Assembly (NCBI GenBank): GCA_012026655.1
Contig: JAAILG010000714.1
Location: 1-64,000 of the forward strand
Source of the DNA: Hydrolagus affinis
Taxonomy: Eukaryota
DNA: 64,000 nt
Direction: 5' to 3'
Shown: positions 62,089-64,000 of the stretch, piece after piece
How positions within the stretch are numbered: the stretch's first letter is position 1
How the letters are laid out: each line of letters begins with the position of its first letter
Position numbers and translations under genes: made by a program
The notes under the pieces: model-generated
Seen by the model: only the letters and a program-made list of their open reading frames with translations
Told to the model about the DNA's origin: nothing
Databases searched by the model: none

Positions 62089-62297
62089 CAGTAAAAGCCC
62101 ATTTATCCGGCACCCTCGGGACCTGGCCAATGCCGGTTAAAGCGCGTGCCGGATATTCGACCTAAAACGTGAAAAAAATAAATTTCAATGCATTTTTCCA
62201 GATAAATTCTGGTTAATCGAATGCGGCCTTTTTTTTTGCGATGCCAGTTATACGGAAGTTATTGTTGATCGGGTGCCGGATAAATGGGCTTTTACTG
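62089..62297 (+). mobile_element. 209-bp MITE (Tigger/pogo-like)
   Basis: Perfect 27-bp TIR CAGTAAAAGCCCATTTATCCGGCACCC with TA on both sides. Confidence 0.92.
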
Positions 62298-62527
62298 TAA
62301 TAAAACTATTCCTAGCATTTGATATATATACTCCGTGTTCGCTCAAACACAATCACTCCACTTCACAATCCAATACAATCTGAAGTGTTTTGAGATGTTC
62401 TCCTGATGTAAAAAGCATTATACCAAATGTACGTATTATTATTAATATCATTATATAGCCTTGTCATGTCCTTAACAAATCAAAACACTTCAGATGGTTT
62501 TACTGCAAAGTGTAATGAGTGTACATA

Positions 62528-62700
62528 TAATAATAATCCTTACATTTGTTATTACGCTTTTCGCATCCTCTAGAGGCCTGAAAGTGCTTCACAGAATGTA
62601 TTGTAAAGTGAATTGCCTGTATATTTGTGGGCAAAACATGACAACCAATTGTGCACAGCAGTGTCCTGCAAACAGTCATGGATTGAAATGACCAATTTTA
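62528..62700 (-). mobile_element. SINE 3' half
   Basis: Family body and tail on the minus strand. Confidence 0.8.
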
Positions 62701-63138
62701 TTATTGCCAGGCTAAATCCAGTCACAGTGTGGATGATTCACAGAGATGGTGGGTAATGTCTTTTTCAAGTAAGAAGTAAGCTATTGAAAGAATAACTTAA
62801 CAATCTTTATTGTGTAGCAGAATAGCAGTCTTGCCAAGTTGAGTGTAGGCGATTGTAGTACAGTAATAAACTTGGCCCCTTTTGGTTGTCTAGTTTATAA
62901 TCTAGGTTGGTTTCTGTTTTGCTAAATCCCCTTCTCATTTTTGCGCTCAAAGTGACTTTTTCCAAGCTTTGGTCTGGTCCCTAAGCTGGAGCAAGATGCC
63001 AGCTCCCATTACAGTGAATGACACATAGCCTCCTTGTTCAATCAAAGTGAGGAGGGCAGGTAATTCATGATAGATGATATTTTGTTGTGATGGGTAAGAT
63101 ACACTGTATACAGTTCTGACAGAGTTGGGCAAGTGTAA

Positions 63139-63336
<198 letters not shown>

Positions 63337-63369
63337 TAACAGCATTTCCACTTAACCCACCAATGATGA

Positions 63370-63564
<195 letters not shown>

Positions 63565-63845
63565 TGAAAAGGAGCATAGACAAAATTTAACAGTGAGTTG
63601 ACCTCGTTACTGAGATTCTATTGTATTTTGTTTGCTGAATGCGAGCATTGTTTAGAATCTTCCTAAGTCATGATGGAAAACCTCGAGATGTAACTCGGTG
63701 AAGATTGGAATGGATACCGTGTTGGTTGTAAGGTGCTGTACTGTTGCTCAGTAATTGATTACCCACTTACCCGCTAGCGATTACCAGCTGCTGTCATATT
63801 TGTATTACCCTTTCACTATATTTATAATATTTTTTTAAACTACAG

Positions 63846-63954
63846 GATACCTCTTACCTGTTCATCACTGGCCCTGACGTGGTGAAATCTGTTACAAATG
63901 AAACCGTGACCCAAGAAGACCTTGGTGGTGCAAAGACACACACTTCGGTCTCAG
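63846..63954 (+). CDS. PCCB: PCCB exon 7 (gene continues beyond window)
   Basis: [36 protein letters not shown](G)|gttagc; 109 nt. Confidence 0.95.
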
Positions 63955-64000
63955 GTTAGCAGACAAGTATCCATTTACATTTGTAAAACATTCTCTATTA

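Overview
Vertebrate genomic DNA, most likely a cartilaginous fish; a chimaera such as Callorhinchus is my best guess from the SINE, L2 and Penelope repeats (inference). The window holds the conserved PPP2R3A(+)-MSL2(-)-PCCB(+) block. (1) The complete PR72-type isoform of PPP2R3A: 13 coding exons, 12968-37707, 516 aa, including the PR72-specific first exon that the ORF track misses. The first ~12.9 kb is probably intron of the longer PR130 isoform. (2) MSL2: two coding exons, 588 aa, RING and CXC domains. (3) Coding exons 1-7 of PCCB, running off the window end and head-to-head with MSL2 across a ~1.7 kb CpG island. Introns are dense in a tRNA-derived SINE, L2 and CR1 fragments, Tigger-like MITEs and Penelope-type repeats. 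Observations most worth checking: a 49/50-nt copy of part of exon 12 in the preceding intron, flanked by its own splice signals; a chain of stop/start-coupled uORFs in front of MSL2; a hammerhead-ribozyme core in a Penelope-type repeat; a ~0.5 kb inverted duplication 3 kb apart; and SINEs that have swapped or stacked 3' tails. Exon coordinates were derived by hand from GT-AG sites and phase continuity. Repeat boundaries are approximate, and comparisons to human proteins are from memory.
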